A DNA stretch of 64,000 bases. It comes from a virus. The position numbers were made by a program, and so were the translations under genes. The notes under the pieces are model-generated. The model was not told where the DNA came from, made no database searches, and saw only the letters and a list, made by a program, of their open reading frames with translations. Position 1 is the stretch's first letter. The number at the start of each line of letters is the position of its first letter. Shown here piece by piece: positions 7,878 to 17,482 of this stretch. The DNA is taken from IMG/VR virus record IMGVR_UViG_3300025128_007994; one strand, given 5' to 3'.

Positions 7878-8097
7878 AGTACTTGTTAAATCTTTCACAG
7901 GCAAAAATGTTTGTGTAACTTTAAGAAAAAGATATATTGCCTTGCAATCTGAACTTAAGCTCGGAGTTGACGGCTGGAATGCTCAAATAACTCTTAAAAA
8001 AGAAGTTGATAAATTGCGTAAGCACGGGGTACCATATGAAAAGGGCTCCAAGCCAATGGTCTTTGTAGCCGATTGGCAAATCATCAAAAAGTATTGA
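7843..8097 (+). CDS. Hypothetical protein (SH3/KOW-like)
   Basis: 84-aa basic ORF, YQKNDKVLVK pattern. Confidence 0.5.
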   Translation: MKPKKSYQKNDKVLVKSFTGKNVCVTLRKRYIALQSELKLGVDGWNAQITLKKEVDKLRKHGVPYEKGSKPMVFVADWQIIKKY

Positions 8098-8122
8098 CAG
8101 CTTGGTCTTGACCGGTTATAAT
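8094..8122 (+). promoter_or_regulatory. Perfect-consensus sigma70 promoter upstream of uvsE
   Basis: TTGACA-N17-TATAAT, followed by AGGAGG SD and ATG 8150. Confidence 0.85.
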
Positions 8123-8149
8123 GTATATGTACTTGTAGGAGGGTATAAC

Positions 8150-9082
8150 ATGAACCATTTAGGCTACGCCTGTATCAACCAGGGCTTTTCCACGCTGCCA
8201 AAGTCGCAGCGCATCACAACTAACCGTACTATGATCAAGCGCACATATCACGATCGCGGTATTGAGTACGCTTCCGAGCTTGCTCTGCAAAATCTCCGCG
8301 ATTTGCACACTATTCTTGAGTGGAATCTTGCCAACGATATTTACTTTTATCGGCTTTCTTCCGATATTGTTCCTTGGGCTTCCGAGTATGACCTTGTAGA
8401 CATGCCTAATTTCGGCGCTATACACGCCGCGGCACTGAGGGCGGGCAACTTTGCCCGCAAGCACGGAATGCGTCTCACATCGCATCCTGGGCCGTTTAAC
8501 AAGCTAGCATCACCCAAGGAGCGTGTATATCAACTCACCAAGACTGATTTGTCGGTTCACGGTGACTTATTTGACCTTATCGGTTTGCCTCGCACTCCGT
8601 ACGCCAAGCTCAATATTCATGTCGGTGCTGCCTATGGGGACAAGCCGTTCGCTCTCGACAACTTCTGTCGCAACTTCGAACGTTTGCCTGACAATGTGCG
8701 CTCACGCCTTACTGTCGAGAACGATGACAAAGCTTCGTTGTACTCTACCAAGGAGTTGTATGACGGTGTTTACAAGCGCATCGGTATTCCGATTGTATTT
8801 GACTATCACCACCACATGCTTCATCCCGGCGGTCAGTCCGAGCAAGAAGCACTTGAACTTGCCTTATCTACGTGGGGTGATATCAAGCCAGTTGTTCATT
8901 ATGCAGAATCTCGCTCGCTTGAGCACGGCAATCCCAAGATCAAACCACAAGCACATTCTGACCTTGTATACAATACTCTTAATGACTATGGCCACAAATT
9001 CGATATTATGATTGAAGCCAAGCACAAAGAGTTGGCGCTCTTAAAATATCGTCAGAATCTACAGACTTTGGCGGCAAAGTAA
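8150..9082 (+). CDS. uvsE: UV DNA damage endonuclease (UvsE/UVDE)
   Basis: HLGYACIN, YRLSSDIVPW, RLTSHPGPF, LNIHVG, RLTVENDD, VFDYHHH, QAHSD and DIMIEAKHKELA; start at ATG 8150 after AGGAGG. Confidence 0.95.
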   Translation: MNHLGYACINQGFSTLPKSQRITTNRTMIKRTYHDRGIEYASELALQNLRDLHTILEWNLANDIYFYRLSSDIVPWASEYDLVDMPNFGAIHAAALRAGNFARKHGMRLTSHPGPFNKLASPKERVYQLTKTDLSVHGDLFDLIGLPRTPYAKLNIHVGAAYGDKPFALDNFCRNFERLPDNVRSRLTVENDDKASLYSTKELYDGVYKRIGIPIVFDYHHHMLHPGGQSEQEALELALSTWGDIKPVVHYAESRSLEHGNPKIKPQAHSDLVYNTLNDYGHKFDIMIEAKHKELALLKYRQNLQTLAAK

Positions 9083-9119
9083 ACGTATTGACTATTTACT
9101 CTGACACCATAGGGGTAAA

Positions 9120-10454
9120 ATGGCTAAAAAAAATTATGTTCTCGACACCAGTGTATTACTAACTGATGCTAACGCGATATTTAAGTTTGACAATCATGAT
9201 ATATTTCTTCCACTGAAAGTCTTGGAAGAAGTCGACGGACACAAGAAGCGACAAGACTCAGTTGGCTCTAACGCTAGACAGTTCATACGTTTCATGGACG
9301 AGTTTAGAGCTAAGGGTTCTCTTCAGAAAGGCGTTAGAATAGATAAAGGTTTAGGTATACTTAAGGTCGTCTCTTATAGCGATCTTAAGGATATAATATT
9401 TCCACCTGATCTCGATATTCGGCTGCCTGACCACACTATCATAGCCACAGCGAAATCAATTCAGTCTGTATATGAGAGAAAGAAAACTATTGTTGTCAGT
9501 CGCGACATCAATATGCGAGTTATTTGCGACTCCATAGGTCTTGATGCTGAGGATTACATTTCCGAAAAAGCAGTTAAGTCTTCGGAAGAGCTATACACAG
9601 GGTTTGTAATCCACGCAGTAGATGATCAAGTAATCGATCGGTACTACTCCGGAGAAGATATATACATCTCAGAAGATGAAACAGAATATGTGTGGTGCCC
9701 AAATCAATATGTCATGATGGTATCTAATGCTAATGAGAAGAAATCCGCATTAGCGCGCTTTAAAGACCACTTCACGCCATTGCAAAAGGTAATCCATAAG
9801 AGTATCCCCGATTGGAACATAGACGCAAGGAACAAGGAACAGGCCTTCGCAATCGATATGCTGTTGGATCCTAACATTAAGATTGTTTCTTTGATTGGTC
9901 GTGCTGGGTCAGGAAAGACACTCATGGCTATCGCAGCAGGACTACAACAGACCATCGGCCTCCGAGCCGAAAACAATCACTATTCACGCCTCATTGTATC
10001 CAGGCCGGTGCAGCCTCTTGGCAAGGATATCGGGTTTTTGCCGGGTACTATGGAAGAAAAAATGCTCCCATGGCTGATGCCGATTCAAGACAATCTTAAG
10101 TTTTTGATGGGCGACAGAACTTCACTTGAGATGTACATGGAAAAAGGCAAGATTGAGTTGGAAGCCTTAACTTATATTCGCGGCCGCTCCATTGCAAACG
10201 CCTTTATCGTTATTGATGAAGCTCAAAACTTAACAAAGCATGAAATAAAAACGATTATTACACGCATCGGAGAAGGAACAAAAATTGTATTGACTGGTGA
10301 TATTGAACAAATTGATAACGTATATGTAAACGAGACATCAAATGGTCTTGCACATGCTGTGGAGAAGTTTAAAGAGTTCCCAATCGCTGGACACGTTACG
10401 TTTAGAAAGGGCGAACGCTCTGAATTGGCAACGTTGGCATCAAAGGTTCTGTAG
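9120..10454 (+). CDS. phoH: PIN-PhoH fusion (PhoH2/YlaK-like) ATPase/RNase
   Basis: N-terminal PIN domain (YVLDTSVLL, VLEEVD, SRDINMR); Walker A GRAGSGKT; GFLPG, RGRSI, IDEAQN and TGDIEQID. Confidence 0.93.
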   Translation: MAKKNYVLDTSVLLTDANAIFKFDNHDIFLPLKVLEEVDGHKKRQDSVGSNARQFIRFMDEFRAKGSLQKGVRIDKGLGILKVVSYSDLKDIIFPPDLDIRLPDHTIIATAKSIQSVYERKKTIVVSRDINMRVICDSIGLDAEDYISEKAVKSSEELYTGFVIHAVDDQVIDRYYSGEDIYISEDETEYVWCPNQYVMMVSNANEKKSALARFKDHFTPLQKVIHKSIPDWNIDARNKEQAFAIDMLLDPNIKIVSLIGRAGSGKTLMAIAAGLQQTIGLRAENNHYSRLIVSRPVQPLGKDIGFLPGTMEEKMLPWLMPIQDNLKFLMGDRTSLEMYMEKGKIELEALTYIRGRSIANAFIVIDEAQNLTKHEIKTIITRIGEGTKIVLTGDIEQIDNVYVNETSNGLAHAVEKFKEFPIAGHVTFRKGERSELATLASKVL

Positions 10455-10464
10455 ACAAAAGAGA

Positions 10465-10493
10465 TTTACAAAGTGATAGTCTCGTGTTATATT
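10465..10493 (+). promoter_or_regulatory. Probable sigma70 promoter with extended -10
   Basis: TTTACA-N17-TATATT with TG immediately upstream of the -10 (TGnTATATT). Confidence 0.55.
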
Positions 10494-10530
10494 CTATTTA
10501 ATAGGGTAAGCCGGAGAAGAAGGACGAGCT

Positions 10531-11307
10531 ATGAATTTTGAAAATCTTGGAAAAACTTATGAAAAACAAAAATATTGTATAATAAATAATTTCACAAACT
10601 TTGACGAAAAACAAATTTTAGAATACTATGATACCTGCAGATATGGCACCATTAGTGATCTCACCGGCGGCCCGTATGCGCATGTGCCCGGGCTCCGTAC
10701 GCTTCGCCCTCCCGGTGATATGGGGCCGTTCTATGAAGTAAGATTGGGTGGAGCAGAACATAATACAGACGATAATGCGATATCAAAGCTTTTTAGAGAA
10801 CTATGTTTAATTCGAACAAAAGTTTTATACTATGCTTCAAATCCCCTTATAATGAAGACATTTTCATTTCTTTCTGGCCGGTCAGAAACGACATGCTCAT
10901 TAGAAGTCGCAAATTCCATTACCGAAGCTGAATGGAAAGACCTAACAATGGAAATAATGAAAACATATCAAGGTTGGTCGAGATTTATGCACTATGATTT
11001 AGAGCACCATTGCTTGTTCAAACATGTTGATTCTGCTGATGATATAATAGCTATATTATTGCTATCACGCCCCGGATATGATTATACAGGCGGCTTATTT
11101 ATGGAACATCCAGTGACAAAAGAAATAACATGTGTGGACTCACTTATGTCAAAAAACGATTTATTGATAATTGATGGTAACTATTATAAACATTGGGTTG
11201 AACAAAAGCCTATAACTACGAAATCGCGTTTTTCATATTTTATAAATATGAACCCGTGCTCAATACAAGGAGCTAAAATTTTCTCGGAGGTCTTAGAAGA
11301 AAAATGA
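10531..11307 (+). CDS. 2OG-Fe(II) dioxygenase superfamily protein
   Basis: HxD (KHVD), hydrophobic strand IIAILLLS, DYTGG, distal His (KHWV) and Arg (SRFS), the double-stranded beta-helix facial triad pattern. Confidence 0.7.
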   Translation: MNFENLGKTYEKQKYCIINNFTNFDEKQILEYYDTCRYGTISDLTGGPYAHVPGLRTLRPPGDMGPFYEVRLGGAEHNTDDNAISKLFRELCLIRTKVLYYASNPLIMKTFSFLSGRSETTCSLEVANSITEAEWKDLTMEIMKTYQGWSRFMHYDLEHHCLFKHVDSADDIIAILLLSRPGYDYTGGLFMEHPVTKEITCVDSLMSKNDLLIIDGNYYKHWVEQKPITTKSRFSYFINMNPCSIQGAKIFSEVLEEK

Positions 11308-11384
11308 CAGCAACAGAGACACAAGATTTTATTGACGAAGATATTACAGATCACGCCGCCGGCAGTGATCCATACATGAAATAA
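11304..11384 (+). CDS. Possible 26-aa acidic microprotein (MTATETQDFIDEDITDHAAGSDPYMK)
   Basis: ATGA overlap with the oxygenase stop; fills most of an otherwise empty gap; not in the ORF track because of its length. Confidence 0.3.
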   Translation: MTATETQDFIDEDITDHAAGSDPYMK

Positions 11385-11425
11385 GATGATTATGACAACA
11401 GAATTTTAAAAAAATAGGAGTTAAA

Positions 11426-11722
11426 ATGTCTGAAAAAAAACCAAGTGCGGTAGCACAAACTGAAGAGCAAATACACACAAATCCTATGCTATCTATGATA
11501 GTAGAAAAGGATTCCGAACTGAAAGATTACCTTGTCGAATTCGCCGGCAAGAAGTTTGACAAAGAAGAGGTCACAGTTAACATGATTGCAGAAGTCATGG
11601 CAATGGACTTCCCAGAATTTATGTATCCGCTTGCAGAAGAAAACTTTCTTCTTGGATATAAACAGGGGTTAGATGATGCTGAAACATTATATAATAGAAA
11701 AACAGAACAATCTGAAGAATAA
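11426..11722 (+). CDS. Hypothetical protein
   Basis: 98-aa ORF with AGGAG SD. Confidence 0.65.
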   Translation: MSEKKPSAVAQTEEQIHTNPMLSMIVEKDSELKDYLVEFAGKKFDKEEVTVNMIAEVMAMDFPEFMYPLAEENFLLGYKQGLDDAETLYNRKTEQSEE

Positions 11723-12365
11723 AACTGTGGATTTTTACACCCCAACGGGCCTCCATGTCTTTTTTCAGCATCCGGTTGAAAATATTGATGTTGAAAAGGT
11801 TATTAGTCAAGTAGAGGATACGATACCTCACCATCTTTTGAGTGAGGTAGAAATGATTATATTTGGCTGGTTTGACGAGTTTGAAGAACGCTCGATAAAC
11901 GCCTTCTACAATGACAACGCTCTTTACATCTCACATCTTCAAGAAGATGAGAAAGATTTGTTTGACGATATTGTGCACGAGATCTCCCACTCTCTAGAAA
12001 GCCCCTATGGATATCAGATATACGCAGATGATAAAATAAAAGATGAGTTTTTGCGCAAGCGTATACACCTTCATGATATCTTGTGGAAATCTGGTTACCG
12101 CGCACCAAAGGCATTCTTTATGGACACAGAATATAACGAAGAATTCGATATGTTTCTATACGAAAAAATAGGATATGATAAATTGTCTGTGTTTGTACAG
12201 GGTCTATTTCTAAATCCATATGCTGCCACCTCGTTAAGGGAGTATTTTGCCACAGGATTTACTGAGTTCTTTGTAGAGTCAGAGCACGCCTTCATGGAAA
12301 AGGTCAGCCCGGCCCTATATCAGAAACTAATAAAGATGCAGAACCCTATTGAATTTGACATGTAA
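11673..12365 (+). CDS. Putative zincin-like metallopeptidase (HExxH)
   Basis: DIVHEISHSLE followed by YAATSLREYFATGF, resembling the anthrax-LF/MtfA-like gluzincin pattern; start uncertain. Confidence 0.55.
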   Translation: MMLKHYIIEKQNNLKNKTVDFYTPTGLHVFFQHPVENIDVEKVISQVEDTIPHHLLSEVEMIIFGWFDEFEERSINAFYNDNALYISHLQEDEKDLFDDIVHEISHSLESPYGYQIYADDKIKDEFLRKRIHLHDILWKSGYRAPKAFFMDTEYNEEFDMFLYEKIGYDKLSVFVQGLFLNPYAATSLREYFATGFTEFFVESEHAFMEKVSPALYQKLIKMQNPIEFDM

Positions 12366-12383
12366 CCTGCAACAGGTTATAAT
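12355..12383 (+). promoter_or_regulatory. Perfect-consensus sigma70 promoter upstream of the nuclease and glycan operon
   Basis: TTGACA-N17-TATAAT, then AGGAG SD and ATG 12405. Confidence 0.85.
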
Positions 12384-12404
12384 ATAAAAGCAATAGGAGC
12401 ACAT

Positions 12405-13175
12405 ATGCCACATATATCATATTCTGAATTAAAAGATTGGAAATTCTGTCCATTTTATCACAAGTTAACGCGAGTTGACAAGATTGACGGATTCAAAGGC
12501 AACGAATACACAGCGTTCGGTACTGCAATGCACTCTGTTTGCGAAAAAACACTCTTGCAAGAAGAGATTAACGAAGAATTCTTTGTTCAAGAATTAAAGA
12601 AGAATATATCTGATCTTGACGAGGACATAGAAATAAACAAAAAACTAGTTGTTGACATGTTCGGCCAAGGTAAACGAATTATTCCAGAGATAGAGGCCGC
12701 GCTCAATCAATACTTCGAAGAGTATGAAGTATTAGCAGTAGAATTACCTCTCTTTGAACCAATCGTGGGAGAAGAAGAATACCAGTTCAAGGGTTATATC
12801 GACGCAGTGGTCACTACCCCTGATGGTAAAGTACATATTTTTGATTGGAAAACATGTTCTTGGGGTTGGGATATGAAAAAAAGAAGTGACCCAATCATTG
12901 CATATCAACTCACACTATATAAAAACTATTTTTGCCAAAAGATGGACGTAGACCCAAAAAATGTTGAAACACACTTCGCACTTCTTAAGAGAACCGCCAA
13001 AAAAGAGAATGTAGAATTCTTCAGAGTTACCAGCGGCCCGAGAAAAACTGAAAATGCCCTTAAACTTTTGAACACAGCGTTGTACAATATAAAAAATAAG
13101 CGCCATATTAAAAACCGCCTCTCTTGCACCGGCGGATATGGTTGCAAGTTTTATAAGACAGAACACTGTCCCTAA
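12405..13175 (+). CDS. PD-(D/E)XK nuclease (RecB/AddB/Cas4-like, probable Fe-S cluster)
   Basis: HISYS start, CPFY, FKGYIDAVV, IFDWKT, QLTLY and C-terminal SCTGGYGC...HCP (four-Cys Fe-S staple). Confidence 0.85.
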   Translation: MPHISYSELKDWKFCPFYHKLTRVDKIDGFKGNEYTAFGTAMHSVCEKTLLQEEINEEFFVQELKKNISDLDEDIEINKKLVVDMFGQGKRIIPEIEAALNQYFEEYEVLAVELPLFEPIVGEEEYQFKGYIDAVVTTPDGKVHIFDWKTCSWGWDMKKRSDPIIAYQLTLYKNYFCQKMDVDPKNVETHFALLKRTAKKENVEFFRVTSGPRKTENALKLLNTALYNIKNKRHIKNRLSCTGGYGCKFYKTEHCP

Positions 13176-13189
13176 GGAAATATAAAAAT

Positions 13190-14476
13190 ATGCAAAAGAA
13201 AAAGATTTTGGTTATTGCTGACCACCCACTTTCACCTTCTGGTGTTGGTACTCAAACAAAATACATGATTGAGGCCCTCCTCAAGACACAAAGATACAAG
13301 TTTGTCTGCCTAGGTGGCGCCATGAAGCACGCTGACTACAATGCCGTCAACGTAGAACCATATGGTACAGACTGGACAATCTACCCTGTCGATGGGTATG
13401 GTAATCATGAGATTATTAGATCGGTACTACAAAAAGAAAAGCCAGACTTGCTTTGGTTTATGACCGATCCTCGTTTTTACGAATGGTTGTGGGAGATTGA
13501 AAATGAGGTCCGCGCAAACTTGCCGATGGTATATTACCATGTGTGGGATAACTTTCCCGCGCCACACTTTAATGGAAAATGGTATCGGTCTAATGACCAC
13601 GTTGCATGCATTTCAAAAGTAACACATGAGATTGTCAAAGAGGTGGCACCGCAGGTCAAGTCTTCTTATATGCCACACGCCGTTAATCCAAGTATTTTTA
13701 AACCTTCGGTAACTTCTGAAGAAAAGATTGAAGTTACAAAAATAAGAGAAAATATTCTTGCCGCTTCAAAAGAAAAATTTGATAACCCTAAGAAGAAGAT
13801 ATTCTTTTGGAACAGCCGCAACGCTAGAAGAAAGCAAAGCGGCACACTTATTTGGTGGTTTAAGGAACTCTTAGATGAGGTGGGTCATGATAAGGCCGTA
13901 CTTCTGATGCATACAGACCCTAGAGACCCACACGGTCAGGACTTACCACACATAATTGAGCATCTGGGTGTTGCAGACGGACAAGTTTTGATTTCTTCTA
14001 ACAAGGTAGCCCCCGAGGGCTTAGCCGCAATGTATGGCGCATCTGATTTTACTATTGGTATTAGCGATGCAGAGGGCTTTGGCTTGTCGACTTTGGAATC
14101 ACTTAGTTGTGGTACTCCAATCATAGTCAATATGACAGGCGGCCTACAGGAGCAGGTAACAGACGGTAAAAATTGGTTTGGCTGGGGGATACAGCCGTGC
14201 AGCAAGGCAATTATTGGTTCGCTCCAAGTGCCTTACATCTATGAGGATCGTATATCACAAGAAGACTTTAACAAGGTTATGAAAAAGGCCCTTGCACTAT
14301 CTGGGCCTAAATACAAAAAAATGGCAGAGATGGGCCTACAACATGTTAAGGACAACTATAACTTTGAGGATTACGAAAAGAACTGGACCAGCCTTATTGA
14401 TGAAGTTATCGAAGAAAATGGCTCCTGGGAAACAAGAAAAAATTATGAACGTTGGAATCTAATGGAGGTTTTATAA
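13190..14476 (+). CDS. Glycosyltransferase, GT-B fold (GT4-like)
   Basis: SPSGVGTQ, RNARRKQSG and DAEGFGLSTLESLSCGTPII (EX7E motif). Confidence 0.9.
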   Translation: MQKKKILVIADHPLSPSGVGTQTKYMIEALLKTQRYKFVCLGGAMKHADYNAVNVEPYGTDWTIYPVDGYGNHEIIRSVLQKEKPDLLWFMTDPRFYEWLWEIENEVRANLPMVYYHVWDNFPAPHFNGKWYRSNDHVACISKVTHEIVKEVAPQVKSSYMPHAVNPSIFKPSVTSEEKIEVTKIRENILAASKEKFDNPKKKIFFWNSRNARRKQSGTLIWWFKELLDEVGHDKAVLLMHTDPRDPHGQDLPHIIEHLGVADGQVLISSNKVAPEGLAAMYGASDFTIGISDAEGFGLSTLESLSCGTPIIVNMTGGLQEQVTDGKNWFGWGIQPCSKAIIGSLQVPYIYEDRISQEDFNKVMKKALALSGPKYKKMAEMGLQHVKDNYNFEDYEKNWTSLIDEVIEENGSWETRKNYERWNLMEVL

Positions 14477-15723
14477 TGAAAAAAGTATTATTAAGGGGCC
14501 CCGTATTAACGCGCTCCGGCTATGGCGAACAAGCTCGATTTGCACTTAGAGCATTACGCAGCAGGGAAGACGTGTTTGACATCTATATCAACCCCATACA
14601 ATGGGGAGGAACTAGCTGGTTAAGCGACATTACAGAAGAGCGTACATGGATTGATCAAATTATTGAAAAAACCATTCACTATACCCAACACAGCGGCAAA
14701 TTTGATTACTCAGTACAGGTTACAATACCAAACGAGTTTGAAAAGCTCGCTGATGTCAATGTTGGCTATACCGCTGGAATAGAAACAACAAGAGTCTCTC
14801 ATGAATGGATTCATGAAGCAAATCAGATGGATCGAGTAATCGTTGTTTCAACGCACTCTCGCGATGTATTCGAAGATACTACCTACGACGCTCATTATGA
14901 ACAAACCGGTGAACAGTTTACCCTTAGAACAACCTCCCCAATCGCAGCAGTAAATTATCCTGTAAAAGAATATGAGGATATGAAACCATTAGCGCTTGAT
15001 TTGACAACGGAGAAAAACTTTGTATGTGTCGCGCAGATGGGCCCCCGAAAGAACCTTGACAATACAGTGGCCTGGTTCGTGGAAGAGTTTTTCAATGATG
15101 AAGACGTGGGCCTGATAGTCAAAACAAATTATGCTAAAAATAGTTTAGTTGACAAAGAGGTCTGCCATGGCCGTTTGTTGAATATTCTATCGACATATCC
15201 GGATAGAAAATGCAAGGTGTATCTTTTACACGGCGATATGACGGATAAAGAAATGCATGAGATCTACCTCCATCCTAAGGTGGTAGCTGCAGTTTCGTTT
15301 ACTCATGGTGAAGGCTTTGGCCTCCCTCTTTTTGAAGCAGCATATATGGGTATTCCTGTCGTAGCCACCGGTTGGTCCGGCCAGCTAGATTTTCTTTGCG
15401 ATAAATCTAGAAAAGAATATTTTTATAATGTATCTTTTGATATTCAACCCATTCCTGACAATGTAGTGTGGGATGGTGTTTTGATTAAAGATTCAATGTG
15501 GGCATATCCCCGAAAAGAATCAGCGCAAAAGCAGATGCGCGCATGTCTTAACGACATCAAGGACAATCAAGGCATCGATGCTCAAGAATATGCCAAACAA
15601 TTGAGAGAAAGATTTAGTGAAGAAAGTTTGTATAAAGATTTTATAAATGCAATGGGTATAACTGAAGACGATTTTGATGTTGAAAACTGGCTAGACAATT
15701 TAGGACTTGAAGAAATAGAGTAG
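14476..15723 (+). CDS. Glycosyltransferase, GT-B fold (GT4-like)
   Basis: TRSGYGEQAR, RKNLD and HGEGFGLPLFEAAYMGIPVVATGWSG; start at ATG 14476 (TAATG). Confidence 0.9.
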   Translation: MKKVLLRGPVLTRSGYGEQARFALRALRSREDVFDIYINPIQWGGTSWLSDITEERTWIDQIIEKTIHYTQHSGKFDYSVQVTIPNEFEKLADVNVGYTAGIETTRVSHEWIHEANQMDRVIVVSTHSRDVFEDTTYDAHYEQTGEQFTLRTTSPIAAVNYPVKEYEDMKPLALDLTTEKNFVCVAQMGPRKNLDNTVAWFVEEFFNDEDVGLIVKTNYAKNSLVDKEVCHGRLLNILSTYPDRKCKVYLLHGDMTDKEMHEIYLHPKVVAAVSFTHGEGFGLPLFEAAYMGIPVVATGWSGQLDFLCDKSRKEYFYNVSFDIQPIPDNVVWDGVLIKDSMWAYPRKESAQKQMRACLNDIKDNQGIDAQEYAKQLRERFSEESLYKDFINAMGITEDDFDVENWLDNLGLEEIE

Positions 15724-15731
15724 TGAGTTAG

Positions 15732-16568
15732 ATGAAAATAGTATTCATAGCCGACGCTTTTGCGGAACAAGTGCTTGGCGGCGGCGAACTAAATAACGAA
15801 GAATTACTCAAGATGTTGGCACAAGATGGCCACGACGTATTAAAAATTAATAGTCATAAAGTTACAATAGAGTTTATTGACAGACATATAGAATCGAAGT
15901 TTATCATTGCAAACTTTGCGAATCTAAAACCTGCCCTCAGGGATAAGATCTGTGACACAGTGTATATTATATACGAACACGATCATAAATATTTGAATAC
16001 AAGAAACCCGGGTGAGTATCCGGGATTTAAAGCACCGAAAGAAGAAATAGTCAATATAGAACTGTATAAAAATGCCCGAGCAGTTCTGTGTCAATCACAG
16101 TTTCATTTGGAAATAATAAAAATGAACACTGAGCTTGATAATCTGGTTAATTTAAGCGGTAATCTTTGGTCACTGCGCTCACTTGACTTAATGAAAGCAA
16201 TGGCTGAAAAGCCGAAGTCTGAGTGTTGCTCAATTATGCAATCAAACATTATACATAAAAACACCCGTGAGGCTATTATGTATTGTAAACATAAAAAAAT
16301 GCCGTATAAATTGGTTTCTAGTAAAAATTATGAGTCTTTTTTGGATCAGTTGAGTGAAAACAAAACTTTATTATTCTTACCAAAAACCCCGGAAACACTC
16401 TCACGAGTTGTAGTTGAAGCAAGAATGATGGGAATGAGCGTCATCGTTAATAAAATGATTGGAGCGACTCGGGAGCCTTGGTATGAACTAAAAGGCAAAG
16501 ATCTGATTGAATATATGCGCGTAAAAAGAAAAATGATAAAAGACGTAGTTTTGGAGGAGTTATCATGA
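15732..16568 (+). CDS. Glycosyltransferase-like protein (GT-B)
   Basis: GGGELNN N-terminus and PETLSRVVVEARMMGM (E-x7-E-like). Confidence 0.65.
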   Translation: MKIVFIADAFAEQVLGGGELNNEELLKMLAQDGHDVLKINSHKVTIEFIDRHIESKFIIANFANLKPALRDKICDTVYIIYEHDHKYLNTRNPGEYPGFKAPKEEIVNIELYKNARAVLCQSQFHLEIIKMNTELDNLVNLSGNLWSLRSLDLMKAMAEKPKSECCSIMQSNIIHKNTREAIMYCKHKKMPYKLVSSKNYESFLDQLSENKTLLFLPKTPETLSRVVVEARMMGMSVIVNKMIGATREPWYELKGKDLIEYMRVKRKMIKDVVLEELS

Positions 16569-17482
16569 AAATTTATATATGTGATTATGAAACACACGCC
16601 GGCAAATGGATCTATCAAGGATATCAAAAGGCCTGGAGTTCTCTTGGTTATAAGGTAGTTAAGTGCGGTCCGGGAACAGGGGCGCCGAACCCAGAACCCA
16701 ATGAAAAGTATATGGTGATGGTGACAGATTATGATATATCAGATAGAAATATTAATATTTTAGAAAATAGCCACAAGTCATTCTTATTTGTACAACCAAG
16801 CAGGTTCCCTGAGCCTTGGGCCGGCCACCCAAACTTTACGTCGCAACAAGCCCCACAAACAAGTAAAAAAATAAATCAAATGGATAATGTATATCCTTGG
16901 ACGTTCGCCAATACTTCCGGGAGCGATTTTTATCCTCTATGGGATGGGAAAATAAACACGATACCATTGGCCTTTGATTCAATAAGTTACAATCCCACTG
17001 AAGTGGATAAGTATAAACAGTTTGACATTAGTTTTGTGGGAGGTTGGGCTGACAACGGGTTTAATGAAAAAAGAAAGATAATGATGAAAACCTTTGCTGC
17101 GTTTAAGGACTCTGGCTTGAAGTGCGGGTTCTTCATAAATAAAAACCTTTCTCACCAGCAGGAATGTGATCTGTTAGCGAACAGTAAAATGACGATTAAT
17201 GTACACGACGCATATCAAAGAACACTCGGTACCGATACCAACGAAAGAACTTTTAAGTCGCTTGGCCTTAACGGCCTAATGATTTCAGATACAATTAAAC
17301 AGCTAAACGATATGTTCCCTAGTGTCCGGACAACCCTTGAGCCTTCTGAAATGGTCACTATTGCTAAAGAAGTTCTTTCACTTTCAGAAAGCGAAATTGG
17401 CAATATAAAAGAAGTTAATCGAGAAAACATTTTGAAAAATCATTGCTATGTTAACCGGGTTCGGACATTTCTAGACCTATGA
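16565..17482 (+). CDS. Glycosyltransferase (CgeB/Glyco_trans_1_2-like)
   Basis: DISFVGG, MTINVH, NERTFKSLGLNGLMISD and HCYVNRV. Confidence 0.7.
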   Translation: MKIYICDYETHAGKWIYQGYQKAWSSLGYKVVKCGPGTGAPNPEPNEKYMVMVTDYDISDRNINILENSHKSFLFVQPSRFPEPWAGHPNFTSQQAPQTSKKINQMDNVYPWTFANTSGSDFYPLWDGKINTIPLAFDSISYNPTEVDKYKQFDISFVGGWADNGFNEKRKIMMKTFAAFKDSGLKCGFFINKNLSHQQECDLLANSKMTINVHDAYQRTLGTDTNERTFKSLGLNGLMISDTIKQLNDMFPSVRTTLEPSEMVTIAKEVLSLSESEIGNIKEVNRENILKNHCYVNRVRTFLDL

